Virus record (IMG/VR): IMGVR_UViG_3300037781_000208
Span: 1-64,000 of that record
Direction: 5' to 3' (one strand)
Length of the DNA stretch: 64,000 bases
From: a virus
Lineage: Duplodnaviria; Caudoviricetes
Shown one piece after another: positions 28,675 through 38,285 of the stretch. The notes under the pieces were generated by a model. It had not been told where the DNA came from. It saw only the letters and a program-made list of their open reading frames with translations, and made no database searches. Each line of letters opens with the position of its first letter. Position 1 is the first letter of the stretch. The position numbers were made by a program, and so were the translations under genes.

Positions 28675-29655
28675 TTAGGGCCTGCGGACGGGGCGGAAGC
28701 CGATGAAGTCGCTGCGGATGGACGGACCGTAGAAGCTGCTGCGGTACGCAACGCGGCAGCGGTACACGTCGAAGCCCCAACTGCCGCCCCGGAACACCCG
28801 GATCGAACCGCTCGTAGGACCCGTAGGATCGCTGCTAGGACTACTCCCGTAGTAGCGGCTCCCATACCAGTCCCCGCACCACTCCACCACATTCCCCGCA
28901 ATGTCATACAGCCCAAACCCATTCGCCGCAAAACTACCAACCGGTGACGTGTAGGGATTATCCCCCTGATCGTAGTCAGGATGGCCCCCCTCACTCCCAT
29001 TGACATCGTAGCTGTGCGAGTTTGGGCGAGCGTAATAATTCGCGTCCGTATGGCTGATTTCATCGCCCCATGGAAAACGCTTTCCCTCCAGCCCCCCACG
29101 GGCCGCCTTCTCCCACTCCGCTTCCGTTGGCAAACGATACCCATTTTTTTTGTAGTCAACGAACGGCGTCACGTTCCCCGTCCGATATACCGGCCCCCCA
29201 TCGCTCAAATAATAAACAGGCTCCAATCCTATTTTCTCGCTCGCCGCATTGCACCACTTCACCACGTCGAACCAATTCACGCTATGTACCGGGTGATCCG
29301 CCCCCTTAACCTCGCCCACGCCCGCCAAGTCCGTGTACCCATTGTTCACAGCCCAATCACGCACTTCCTGCCACTGCCCCCACGTCACCTCCGTCTCTCC
29401 AATCCTATACGCACTCAACACAACCGTGTGCACCGGTCGCTCATCGAGGTAACCCTCACTGAACGGATCCCCCATCTGAAAACTCCCCGCAGGAATCTCC
29501 ACCATCGGCACTATGTCGAATTCATAAGCAAACCCGGCCTGAATACGGATAAATTGAGGAATGGAGGCGTCCCAATCAAAGACCGCCTCTCGGCCCTCAA
29601 CACCGCCCGCATACCAGCGCACCAGCAGCACCGGTGCCTCTGGTTTGCGCGGCAT
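28675..29655 (-). CDS. FGE-sulfatase (SUMF1/EgtB/PvdO family) domain protein
   Basis: IPAGSFQMG, HPV..VNWFD, YRLPTEAEWEKAARGG, GLYD.AGNV.EW, GGSW, GFR. Confidence 0.85.
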   Translation of the reverse strand: MPRKPEAPVLLVRWYAGGVEGREAVFDWDASIPQFIRIQAGFAYEFDIVPMVEIPAGSFQMGDPFSEGYLDERPVHTVVLSAYRIGETEVTWGQWQEVRDWAVNNGYTDLAGVGEVKGADHPVHSVNWFDVVKWCNAASEKIGLEPVYYLSDGGPVYRTGNVTPFVDYKKNGYRLPTEAEWEKAARGGLEGKRFPWGDEISHTDANYYARPNSHSYDVNGSEGGHPDYDQGDNPYTSPVGSFAANGFGLYDIAGNVVEWCGDWYGSRYYGSSPSSDPTGPTSGSIRVFRGGSWGFDVYRCRVAYRSSFYGPSIRSDFIGFRPVRRP

Positions 29656-29782
29656 GGGTGGTTCTCAAAAAAATTTTGACCCCCTACGGCGGAAAGAGTG
29701 CGGGCGCCTGACGGCCCCCAGAGGAAAAGAAAAAAGGGAAGTCCCGCTCACGCGGGGCAGTAAAGGGTAAAAGGACCAGAGG

Positions 29783-30745
29783 CTAAAGGGTGCCGCGCCC
29801 TTTGCGCCTCATCAGTGCTAGCCCAAGTCCCAGACAGCCGAGAATCGCAGCGTAAGCGGAAGGTTCAGGAATGGGCGCGAGGCTGGAGACACGGAATCCG
29901 GTGTAGCTGGGCGCGGTGGACGGATCGGAGAAGATGCGGTACGAGGACTGCAGGTCGTTATCGCTGCCGTTGAAGGCGCCCCCACGCATCCCGCGGACAC
30001 TGGAGCCCACAATAGTATCATTATACTCCCAGACATTGCCGCCTTGGTCGAAGGTGCCGTAGTAGCTGGCGGAATTCGAGTACGCGCCGACATCGGTGAA
30101 CGATCCGACGGCACTATTGTAATTCGCGTTGTTGGACCCGGTGGCGTCCCCGGGAGCTATGTCCGTCGGTGCAGAGTCGTTCTGCGTCGGGTAGTCGTAA
30201 TAACTGCCGTTACCATCATAATACGCCGCCTTGTACCACTCGTTTTCGCTGGCCACGGCCACGCCGCCGTTGGCCCAGGCCGTCGCGTCGCGGGTGATCG
30301 TATTATTCGTTGGATTTGTCGTGCCGTTCAGATTATAAACTCCCGTCTCTGTGTCGCCATTGGTCAGCCAATTCGCGAAGCGCGCCGCATCCCAGAAGCT
30401 CACATAGTTCACCGGCTTGTTGTCGAAGCCAGTCTTCACGCTATAGGTATAGCTCCCGCTACTGCCAGTGCGATTGATGCCGCCACGCCAAGTGCCCATG
30501 TCCGGATCGTAGAGCGAATGCGTGTCCGTCGCCGCCACCGCGTTCAGGAAGGCCGTGTATTGGCTGTTCGTCACCTCATAGGTGCCGATGTGGTAGCCGT
30601 AAGAGACTCCGCCGTAGCCAGTGGTATCGTTCGCGTTGCCCGCATCGCCCACGAAGGATGTCTGGATAACAATCGAAGCGGAGGCGGCAGAAGCGGCCAG
30701 CAGGCCAGTCGCGAGTAGGAAGGTTTGGATTGGTTTCATTGGCAT
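29783..30745 (-). CDS. Secreted FGE-sulfatase-like protein with PEP-CTERM sorting signal
   Basis: Signal peptide; GTYEVTN.QY, ENEWYKAAYY, DQGGNVWE; IPEPSAYAAILGCLGLGLALMRRK. Confidence 0.85.
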   Translation of the reverse strand: MPMKPIQTFLLATGLLAASAASASIVIQTSFVGDAGNANDTTGYGGVSYGYHIGTYEVTNSQYTAFLNAVAATDTHSLYDPDMGTWRGGINRTGSSGSYTYSVKTGFDNKPVNYVSFWDAARFANWLTNGDTETGVYNLNGTTNPTNNTITRDATAWANGGVAVASENEWYKAAYYDGNGSYYDYPTQNDSAPTDIAPGDATGSNNANYNSAVGSFTDVGAYSNSASYYGTFDQGGNVWEYNDTIVGSSVRGMRGGAFNGSDNDLQSSYRIFSDPSTAPSYTGFRVSSLAPIPEPSAYAAILGCLGLGLALMRRKGRGTL

Positions 30746-30817
30746 GTCGTGTGGATGATTTGCTCTGAGTCGTTGTATTTTAAGAAATAAGAAAAGATTG
30801 TAAAAGGTGTTAGTTCG

Positions 30818-31020
30818 TCAGATGGGGAGGGTCAAGAAGGAATTCGAGATCTTTGGCACGATCGCCTGGAAGGCCAGACCGGCGCGGTAGATCGTCGGGT
30901 TGGCGATGGTCCAACCAGCAATCACGACGCACAGCAGCCCGGTAAGGCCACAGGCTCCGGCCGCCAGCGGTCCGGGCAGTACGTCCGTGTTGTACGCGTC
31001 CGCAGCTCGCGGCTGATCGA
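30818..31020 (-). pseudogene. Possible fragment of a purine/cytosine permease gene
   Basis: IAGWTIANPTIYRAGLAFQAI recalled as a permease-family motif; no full-length ORF. Confidence 0.3.
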
Positions 31021-31149
31021 TCCCCTTTTGCCTTGGACCTAAGTCTGAGATGTTGCCCATCCGCTTCAGATAGCGAGTCCGTAAAGGCGCCACCGCCTCT
31101 TCACCCCTTTCCAAGGCACGCTCCCAAGCGCACTCCGACTTACTCCCCC

Positions 31150-31399
31150 AGTCAACATCCAGTCAACCTCAGTTGAGGCAAAATCAAGGCAATTGAGTCG
31201 ACGAAAGTCGTCTTCTGTCGTGTTCTGTGGAGCCTGCGGCGGCGTATTAAGGCGTTGATGCTTCGCAACTTACTGGTATTCAACGGGTTGCCGACAGGTT
31301 AATGGCGGAGAGAGAGGGACTCGAACTAGGTCTTACAAAGCGCTTATTTGCAATAACTTACGAATTTGTCAAATTTATGGTAGAGGCATAATCGAGGCA
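31150..31399. repeat. Integrase-arm-like 11-bp-period direct repeats flanking the att core
   Basis: AGTCAAC x2 (31150, 31161); GAGGCA-N5-AAGGCA (31175-31191); GAGGCA-N5-GAGGCA (31383-31399). Confidence 0.55.
31303..31327 (-). other. att core: 3' end of a tRNA-Ser-like gene
   Basis: Minus strand AGTTCGAGTCCCTCTCTCTCCGCCA = T-loop, acceptor 3' strand and CCA, with no upstream tRNA body. Confidence 0.75.
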
Positions 31400-31450
31400 C
31401 AAAAGTAGTCTTTTGTTGTGTTATTTGAGTTATTGGACTCGGAAGAAAAT

Positions 31451-31951
31451 TTAAACATTCAACTCGAAAAACACAGGGGAAGGGTTGTGTTTCAGGTAAT
31501 CCTCGTCCGACAACTTCTCGTAGCGGATAAATTGGCCAGTCCTATCGATACGGAAATTATTAGAGTACAGCAAAAACCTTGCTCGAAGTCCTGAATCTTC
31601 TCGGTTCGTGTTAACTTGAGCTTTGAGTTTAACAACGCCATCTAAGCGCTTTGCCTGATCTATTAGGAAACGTAATGCAAACCTTCCAACTCCTTGGCAT
31701 TGATGATCTTTATAAACTCCAATTGTGATGACTCGAGCAGCTGGATTATCTTTGGCCGGAACCCACCATGCGAATCCTAACTCGGTAAGGCTAGGATCAA
31801 AGAGTAGCCACACATCGACACTATCATTAAACTGTTCTCCAAGCCGACCAGCAGTTCCATGCTCCAATTTAAATTCGTTCAAATGAGAACAAACCTTTTC
31901 ATGAATCTTGTAGGGCTTCGGCTGTAACCTGGCAGAGTAATTACTACTCAT
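31451..31951 (-). CDS. GNAT-family acetyltransferase
   Basis: IGVYKDHQCQGVGR motif A. Confidence 0.75.
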   Translation of the reverse strand: MSSNYSARLQPKPYKIHEKVCSHLNEFKLEHGTAGRLGEQFNDSVDVWLLFDPSLTELGFAWWVPAKDNPAARVITIGVYKDHQCQGVGRFALRFLIDQAKRLDGVVKLKAQVNTNREDSGLRARFLLYSNNFRIDRTGQFIRYEKLSDEDYLKHNPSPVFFELNV

Positions 31952-31979
31952 TATGTGTGCAATTTGTTCTTATTCAAAA

Positions 31980-32534
31980 TTATTCAAAGATGTCCCGCAT
32001 AAACCGCTCTGTATTGAAGTCAGCCCTTCGCACGGTTTTACCGAGGTAACGACTTGCTATTGAGATCCAAGTGTCGAGCCTATGGTTTGTAAACTGGCGC
32101 CGCCACGATATTTTGAGATCATCAATGGAGGCGCTTTCAATAGTGTCCCTAATTTCAGGTGCTGAGGACTGCAAATGGGCTACAACCTGTGGAACCCGGA
32201 AGTATGTATTACGCCCTGCGCGAATTGACGGAACTGTGCCTCCGGCACTAAATAAGTCGCGTATATTATGCGGAAGAATTCCCTTGCTGTTGAGAAGCCA
32301 CATTGTAACCCCCATATATTTTGTCTGAGCAGTCCCTAATATTTCTGGAAAATATGCAAAACCTTGAGACCGAATAGAACTCTTCTCTATCTGAGTCAGC
32401 TCTGAAAAGAATCTTAATTCTCTTCTTGCGCTAACATCTCCGAAGCTATCCTCGATTACAAAATCGAAATGCCCTCCCTCAGCACGCTCCCAATCTAGCC
32501 ATTCAATAAATTTCATATCAATCAGGGTAATCAA
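31980..32534 (-). CDS. Hypothetical protein
   Basis: Overlaps the helicase stop; operonic. Confidence 0.65.
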   Translation of the reverse strand: MITLIDMKFIEWLDWERAEGGHFDFVIEDSFGDVSARRELRFFSELTQIEKSSIRSQGFAYFPEILGTAQTKYMGVTMWLLNSKGILPHNIRDLFSAGGTVPSIRAGRNTYFRVPQVVAHLQSSAPEIRDTIESASIDDLKISWRRQFTNHRLDTWISIASRYLGKTVRRADFNTERFMRDIFE

Positions 32535-34182
32535 ATATTGTGGGATCCAAATGGGTTAATTTAGGATCTGGCTCATCTAGTTTAGCCTGGTCAAGCAACC
32601 ACTCTTTAGCAAAAGACCCTTTGGAAAGATTCACAAAATTAACTAGTTCTCCACCTAGTTCTAACTTCTCTAATCTACTTCCCTTAAGGGATTCTCTCAT
32701 AGAGATAATCTCTGCAATCCGAGAAAGATCAGAAACAAAATCAAGTACAACAACTTTATCTTTTCCCTTTTTGATCCGCAATCCGCGCCCAAGCTGTTGG
32801 ACAAATATTCTTCTGCTGTGGGTTACTCTCATAAACACAATTATATCCACATCTGGAACATCAACACCTTCGTTGAACATGTCGACTGATGTCATAAACT
32901 TAAATTCGCCCTTTCGGAATCTTGTGAGCAGCTTTGTTTGTTCCTTCTCATCCAATTGAGAATGGATAGTTTCAGCTGGAAGGTTATAGCTCCTCAACAT
33001 ACCAGCAAAATACTCCGCATGCTCGATTGATGGACTAAAAACCAAGCCCGACTTTCTGTTTTCGGCATTGAAGATACTGAGAATCATTTTGATTGCTTCA
33101 GTGTCTCTAGTTGGGATCAAAAGCTTCTTGTTAAGTTGCTTAACCGTGTAGTTCTCCTTGGATAATTTTTCGATGCTTTCCCAGTCAAGATTGTCAGCCA
33201 GCAGGCGGTAATCTACTTCTGACAGGAAACCTCTCTTCATTCCCTCGGAAATACCCATGTTCAATAGAGATGGTCCAAAAATCTCTTCTATCTGAAATTT
33301 GTCGCCTCTCCACGGTGTAGCGGTTACCCCAAAAATCATTGAGCCAGAGAGATTAGATAGCAAACGCTTGTAATTTTCAGCACCGGAAGAGTGCGCCTCA
33401 TCCACCATTACCAAATCGGGCGTCGGTACCTCGTTTGCCAGATTTCGATAACTTTGGTAGGTGCTGAATGTAATACCTTCCCAAGAACTAGGACGCTCAT
33501 TCCCATCCAAATAATTGGTTTGAATGCCATAGGGTAGTTGAGACCAAAAACTAACAATTAACTGCTTCGTTATAGCCCTCGTATGAGCGAGCACGAGTAT
33601 TCTTTTGTTTGGCAATGCCCCCACTCGCAGAAGGTCTGCAACCAACTCCGCCATTACCAGCGATTTTCCTAGTCCGGTTGCGAGAACAATCAATCCTCTG
33701 CCAGAGGTTCTAAGACTTTCAGATGCAAGTTCAACGGCCTCCTTTTGGTAATCACGAGGTCTTTTCCATTCCAGCGAATACTCGTTGGCCTGCTCAGCAA
33801 AAGATAATATCGCCTTAGGGTCTAATAATCCTATATCTAACCCTCGGTTCGCCCAGGATTTTATCTCGTCCGTGACACTCTTGGAAACCGGACAGGAGAA
33901 TGCAACAGCCAATCTGTTGGCGCGATAAAAGGTTCCCGCATTGATGACTTCTTGTATTGCTTTTGGACTAGTATTGCCAGTTGAAGAGAACTTGCATTGA
34001 ACAATCCATAATTCTCCATTCTTCATCGCCAGAATATCAGCGCCCTTGTCACCGCTTCCACCAACAACCTTAACGTCCTGGAAGTTGGAGTGGATCATTA
34101 ATCTGGCGACATCTCTTTCGAATGCTTGCCAAGGGCCTGTTTGCAATCGATCTGCAACTTGTTTGGAAATTTCGCTCATCAA
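32518..34182 (-). CDS. Mrr-like restriction endonuclease fused to SF2 (DEAH) helicase
   Basis: FE...GDKGADI...VQCK nuclease; ATGLGKS, DEAH, TATP, QQLGRGLR. Confidence 0.9.
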   Translation of the reverse strand: MMSEISKQVADRLQTGPWQAFERDVARLMIHSNFQDVKVVGGSGDKGADILAMKNGELWIVQCKFSSTGNTSPKAIQEVINAGTFYRANRLAVAFSCPVSKSVTDEIKSWANRGLDIGLLDPKAILSFAEQANEYSLEWKRPRDYQKEAVELASESLRTSGRGLIVLATGLGKSLVMAELVADLLRVGALPNKRILVLAHTRAITKQLIVSFWSQLPYGIQTNYLDGNERPSSWEGITFSTYQSYRNLANEVPTPDLVMVDEAHSSGAENYKRLLSNLSGSMIFGVTATPWRGDKFQIEEIFGPSLLNMGISEGMKRGFLSEVDYRLLADNLDWESIEKLSKENYTVKQLNKKLLIPTRDTEAIKMILSIFNAENRKSGLVFSPSIEHAEYFAGMLRSYNLPAETIHSQLDEKEQTKLLTRFRKGEFKFMTSVDMFNEGVDVPDVDIIVFMRVTHSRRIFVQQLGRGLRIKKGKDKVVVLDFVSDLSRIAEIISMRESLKGSRLEKLELGGELVNFVNLSKGSFAKEWLLDQAKLDEPDPKLTHLDPTIFDYPD

Positions 34183-34192
34183 CGGAGAGTTC

Positions 34193-36559
34193 TTAGATTA
34201 GACCCTTCAATTTCATAATCCCGAGATAAACTCTCTTTCTGTCTTCAGACTGTATTTCGTTTAACGAGAATGAATCAGAATAGCAAATATCAATAATCTC
34301 TCTCAACGTGTTGGTGACACTATTAAGGGTAATTTCCTGTATTTCTAATACCTCTGAATCGCTACCACCAGACTCTGACATCTCAAGTTGACTGTATGCT
34401 AGGTCGAAAACTTCTCCATCCATGAAGGCCGTAGGGATTTGCCCGATAACATCATGCAGTTGCGGCTTTGGACAGTAAGCTAAGTACTCTCCCGTCTTCG
34501 AAAGGTTGGGAATATTCTTAGCGCCGGCCTTCATGGCCGTAAGCTGTATGGATTTCTTGGTTGATTCATTTAGCCGTTCATACTCCTCAACGAAATTGAC
34601 GCTTCCCTTTCTCTCCCTAAACTTCTCGATTATCCGCACAATGAGCTGATCGGCGGAAACTCTTAAGTCTGAAACAGCTATGCTAGTCTCGTGAGCGTAA
34701 CGTTTTCTCAATCTGGAAAGAATTTGTGAAAACGTGACAGCCGAATGTCTGCTAATATCCTTAGCTAAAAAAGCTATTTCTGTCAGAAGGGCGTCCTTTG
34801 GTGAAAAGGTAAGGTTGTCATAGATTGGATGCCTTGGTTTAAAGCAAAATTCGTGAACTCCATCGGGTCGCGCTGACAAAGTCCATGGTAGATCTGGCTC
34901 CTCCTTCCCTGGTACTTTACTTTCCAATTCGAATGCCTGTACATTGAAAGTGTGTTTAACATCCTCTACATAAAATTCTGCTGACAGCTCACGAACGGGA
35001 ATCTTCTTTAATTCAGGTTGCTCCTCAGTGACATTTTCATTCTGGTCTGGTCCCTTACCACCCTGTTGACCTCCAGACTGATCATTCGCCCCAAACCCAC
35101 TAAGTCCTGGGTCATCAGGCCCTCCGCCCTTGGAGTTTCCACCACCAGTAAGCTTTTCATTATCGTCAATTAAAGCCTGAGCGTACCACCTTTCGTCTGA
35201 GATGTAGTCGGAATTTCCATCCTCAAAATACTTTCCCCAAGTGGCAGCCACAACGTTATTCTGAAGAACAAATTGGGTTTGATAAAATTTTGGATTTTTA
35301 TTTGTAACGGGCCGCTGGAAAGCTCGCCAAAACCGGGCTAGAACAGATTCATTTGGAGCATAACCCAATTCAGTGCAACGCCTGGCCCTGAATGGCGCTT
35401 CACCTCTTACAATATTTACCATTTCCGACCACATTGTATCATTTCTGACAAAACGATCTTTTGTGTATGAGACCTTGCAATGGTCTACATGTATTTCACC
35501 TACAATCCTTCCACGTCCACGGACATCATCATAAGGATATTCGAGTTCCTTAAGCTCATTTCCCTCACCGTCTATTCCAACAAAGTAGAATAGATCTTTG
35601 CAGTCTATTTCTATCTTTCTTCCGTTCCTGATTAGATCAAAACCATATTTTTCTTTGTCTAAATATCTTTGTAAACCAACCCAGCCCTTAATTCTTCGTT
35701 TTGCTGGCTTTAGCTTATCGTCTTTTCCGCATTGAGGGCATGAATCTAAATCGTCACCGACCCAGATCCAGCAAGAATGACAAAACTTCTTTTCGGGTAG
35801 TGTAAAATCAAATTCCTGAAATGCGCTTACAGGACCTTCCTTTGTTTCCTTAACTCTTGGTTCGCTATTTAAAGGATCTCCCCAAACACAAAATCGATGC
35901 GGATTACAAGTCGTGTTATTTAGCTTTATTTTAACGCCGATCGGGTAGGGATTTTCCCGAAGCATGGAACCATAAATCCTCTCAATACGCTTCTGGATGA
36001 CGCTGTAGGAGGAAGGTTGTGCAAACCAATTCAATTGTTCCTGCTTTAATGAAGATATTTCAACTTCCGTTCCCGACTCATTCTTGTTAGTTTTCGGCCG
36101 GGTAAGCTTTGGAGCTGTAAACTCTCCGTCTTGTTGCATTTTCCCAAAGTCAATTTCTATCCCTGTCCACTCGGGATCTCCGCATCTAGTGGTCCACACG
36201 GTAGTTATGTTTCCCAAACGGGCGGTTGCTATATTGAAGCCCATGCCAAACAATCCAAGATTATCCAGCGGGCTGTTGGAGGTCCATCCCGCTCTGACAG
36301 CGTTTTGGAGTTGTTCCAATGACATGCCATTTGCGTTATCCCTATAAGTGATTCTGGCTTGGTTCCGGCTTACACGAGAAGTGGGGAAGTTGATGAATAT
36401 CTGCGGATTATCAATTTTACCGCCGGATTGTTTGTCGGCTATAAATGCGTCGATAGAATTATCTATCAGTTCTGCAAAGCACTGCCACTGAGCAAAAGTT
36501 ATCTCACCCAGCATCGCTAGGACGCGTGGGGTTGGTTTAATATCAAGTTTGTCGCTCAT
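34193..36559 (-). CDS. GHKL/MORC-like ATPase with Zn-ribbon
   Basis: AELIDNSIDA, DNANGM, GLFGMGF, SGTEV; CHSC...CPQC; start revised to MSDKLDIKP. Confidence 0.85.
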   Translation of the reverse strand: MSDKLDIKPTPRVLAMLGEITFAQWQCFAELIDNSIDAFIADKQSGGKIDNPQIFINFPTSRVSRNQARITYRDNANGMSLEQLQNAVRAGWTSNSPLDNLGLFGMGFNIATARLGNITTVWTTRCGDPEWTGIEIDFGKMQQDGEFTAPKLTRPKTNKNESGTEVEISSLKQEQLNWFAQPSSYSVIQKRIERIYGSMLRENPYPIGVKIKLNNTTCNPHRFCVWGDPLNSEPRVKETKEGPVSAFQEFDFTLPEKKFCHSCWIWVGDDLDSCPQCGKDDKLKPAKRRIKGWVGLQRYLDKEKYGFDLIRNGRKIEIDCKDLFYFVGIDGEGNELKELEYPYDDVRGRGRIVGEIHVDHCKVSYTKDRFVRNDTMWSEMVNIVRGEAPFRARRCTELGYAPNESVLARFWRAFQRPVTNKNPKFYQTQFVLQNNVVAATWGKYFEDGNSDYISDERWYAQALIDDNEKLTGGGNSKGGGPDDPGLSGFGANDQSGGQQGGKGPDQNENVTEEQPELKKIPVRELSAEFYVEDVKHTFNVQAFELESKVPGKEEPDLPWTLSARPDGVHEFCFKPRHPIYDNLTFSPKDALLTEIAFLAKDISRHSAVTFSQILSRLRKRYAHETSIAVSDLRVSADQLIVRIIEKFRERKGSVNFVEEYERLNESTKKSIQLTAMKAGAKNIPNLSKTGEYLAYCPKPQLHDVIGQIPTAFMDGEVFDLAYSQLEMSESGGSDSEVLEIQEITLNSVTNTLREIIDICYSDSFSLNEIQSEDRKRVYLGIMKLKGLI

Positions 36560-36682
36560 ACACTTTAGGGATATCTTGATGGTGCAATACCCCCGCAATA
36601 TCCCTTTCTCAAGGCAAAAATGTAAAGCGCATGAGGTCTATCCAGCGAAGAACTAGTATGCAGTGAATCCGCAAAGGGTTAA

Positions 36683-37936
36683 TTAGTCTGCAGAGAGAAA
36701 CTCATCTAGTGGCTCTGACATAATCGAGGCCATCTCACTGTGCACCTCAACCGGTACCGTTATCACGACTTTATTCACATCCAAATCACAGTCCAGCGAA
36801 GAGTTTAAATCTCTACAAGATAGTAACTTATGCATTCTTATGTTTCTTTCTGGATCATGAGCTTCCGCTATCGCCATTGCCCACTCCAAGCCGATTCTTT
36901 CTTCAGGAGATCGTCTGTAGGACTTATATTCGGCCAGAAATTCCTTCAGGATTTGAGCATTCTTCCAGTCCTTTGCATAACGAATCAAAGTTTTCCTGTT
37001 CTGCCTTTCCCATTTGAGCTTTTGTGCGAGTTCTTTCCTTTTTTGCTCGGTGTAAGCAACTTCAATGGCCTGTGCTGCCTCCATTCTGGCAATTTTCGCT
37101 TCCTCCAGTCGTCTTTGCCTCCGCCTCTCGGCGACATCAATTCTCTCCTGCCTTTTGACGGAAGCGTAGAGATGAACATTTTCAAGGAACTCTACTAACT
37201 GGGTTTCAATCACTTGATGATCTGTATCGTTCCAAGAATGCCGCATTGAGATCGGGAAATAGTAGCCTACAATTTCAAGAGTCAGCTTACCTTTGGGAAC
37301 ATGGTCATATTCCTTCCAACGCCAGTTAGACTCCCTTTCAATCCGACGCTTTTTCTCGCGAATACGAAAAGGCACCGACTCATCCCCGACAATAATCCGT
37401 GTTCCGTCAATTCCTGAACCGGGCTTTACTTCCCACCCCAATGACGTGCAGGCATCGATAATACCCTGATAGATTCTGAGGGCTCGATGACAAAGCTCTT
37501 TTGTTACCTCAAGGTATAGGGAACTATCTCCCATGGCGTGGAACATTCCATGATGAGCGTATCGATTATTCTCAAAAGAAGCCCGTGTCCTAGTGATTAT
37601 TGGATGGCAACCCTTTAAGTCCTTCGGGACGCAAACCTTTATATCACCAATTTCACCAGCGCCCCTAGGGATACGGGTTTCTCTAGAACGGTCATCAACC
37701 GTTATAGTTGTTGAAGTCGGCGTCTTTTCAGACTTTGGGCCAAGGGCTGGAACCGGTGGTTTCTGTCCAGCGTCCACTTTCGCCCAGTATCCCCTAGGCG
37801 GTGTTGGAACCAATACCCTTCGACAAGCTTTCTTCAGACCCACATCTGAAATGCCAATCTCCTGGGCTACCTGAAACATCGGCTTTTCCCATACTCTGTG
37901 GTAGAGCTCTTCCCGTGTGAATTCCATCTTTTCCAT
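36683..37936 (-). CDS. Mobile-element HTH hypothetical protein
   Basis: TREELY..VWEKPM..VA.E.GISDVGLKK.C....VP.PPRGYWAK N-terminus. Confidence 0.75.
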   Translation of the reverse strand: MEKMEFTREELYHRVWEKPMFQVAQEIGISDVGLKKACRRVLVPTPPRGYWAKVDAGQKPPVPALGPKSEKTPTSTTITVDDRSRETRIPRGAGEIGDIKVCVPKDLKGCHPIITRTRASFENNRYAHHGMFHAMGDSSLYLEVTKELCHRALRIYQGIIDACTSLGWEVKPGSGIDGTRIIVGDESVPFRIREKKRRIERESNWRWKEYDHVPKGKLTLEIVGYYFPISMRHSWNDTDHQVIETQLVEFLENVHLYASVKRQERIDVAERRRQRRLEEAKIARMEAAQAIEVAYTEQKRKELAQKLKWERQNRKTLIRYAKDWKNAQILKEFLAEYKSYRRSPEERIGLEWAMAIAEAHDPERNIRMHKLLSCRDLNSSLDCDLDVNKVVITVPVEVHSEMASIMSEPLDEFLSAD

Positions 37937-37999
37937 ACTTCGATATTAGAAGACTTCGGCTTCGAAATCAACGACTTGCTAGGCAGAAAGAAATGATTT

Positions 38000-38227
38000 T
38001 CACCTCCAGCTTCGAGGGTGAATAGTCCAATTCTCATTGAGCGCTTTTCTCACCTCTTCCACATCAAACCGGACGAGATGTCCCAGCTTATAATAGGGGA
38101 ACTTCCGCTGAGACTGCATTTGACGAACCCATCGCAGTGAGGGACGACCCTTCTCATCGAACAAGGCCTCTAATAGCCCGTGGGCATCAACTAACTTTCT
38201 TTCTTCGGTGGGTTCACGGATTTCCAT
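38000..38227 (-). CDS. Excisionase-like HTH protein
   Basis: PSLRWVRQ...PYYKLGHLVRFDVEEV. Confidence 0.65.
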   Translation of the reverse strand: MEIREPTEERKLVDAHGLLEALFDEKGRPSLRWVRQMQSQRKFPYYKLGHLVRFDVEEVRKALNENWTIHPRSWR

Positions 38228-38285
38228 ACACCTAGATTCCGCGAGCCAAATAGCAATGCCCAGCAACCAGATTCACTATTCTTCA

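Larger units (their letters stand above)
1..31302 (-). mobile_element. Prophage A (lambda-like, left end outside window)
   Basis: Co-oriented integrases, excisionase, recombination/replication genes, terminase, portal and S49 protease; right boundary at the tRNA-Ser-like att core. Confidence 0.85.

Noticed and set aside
28981-29679. 232-aa + strand ORF
   Set aside because: Antisense shadow of the FGE-domain gene
31280-31400. Intact tRNA-Ser gene
   Set aside because: Only the T-loop, acceptor 3' strand and CCA are present; there is no D or anticodon arm
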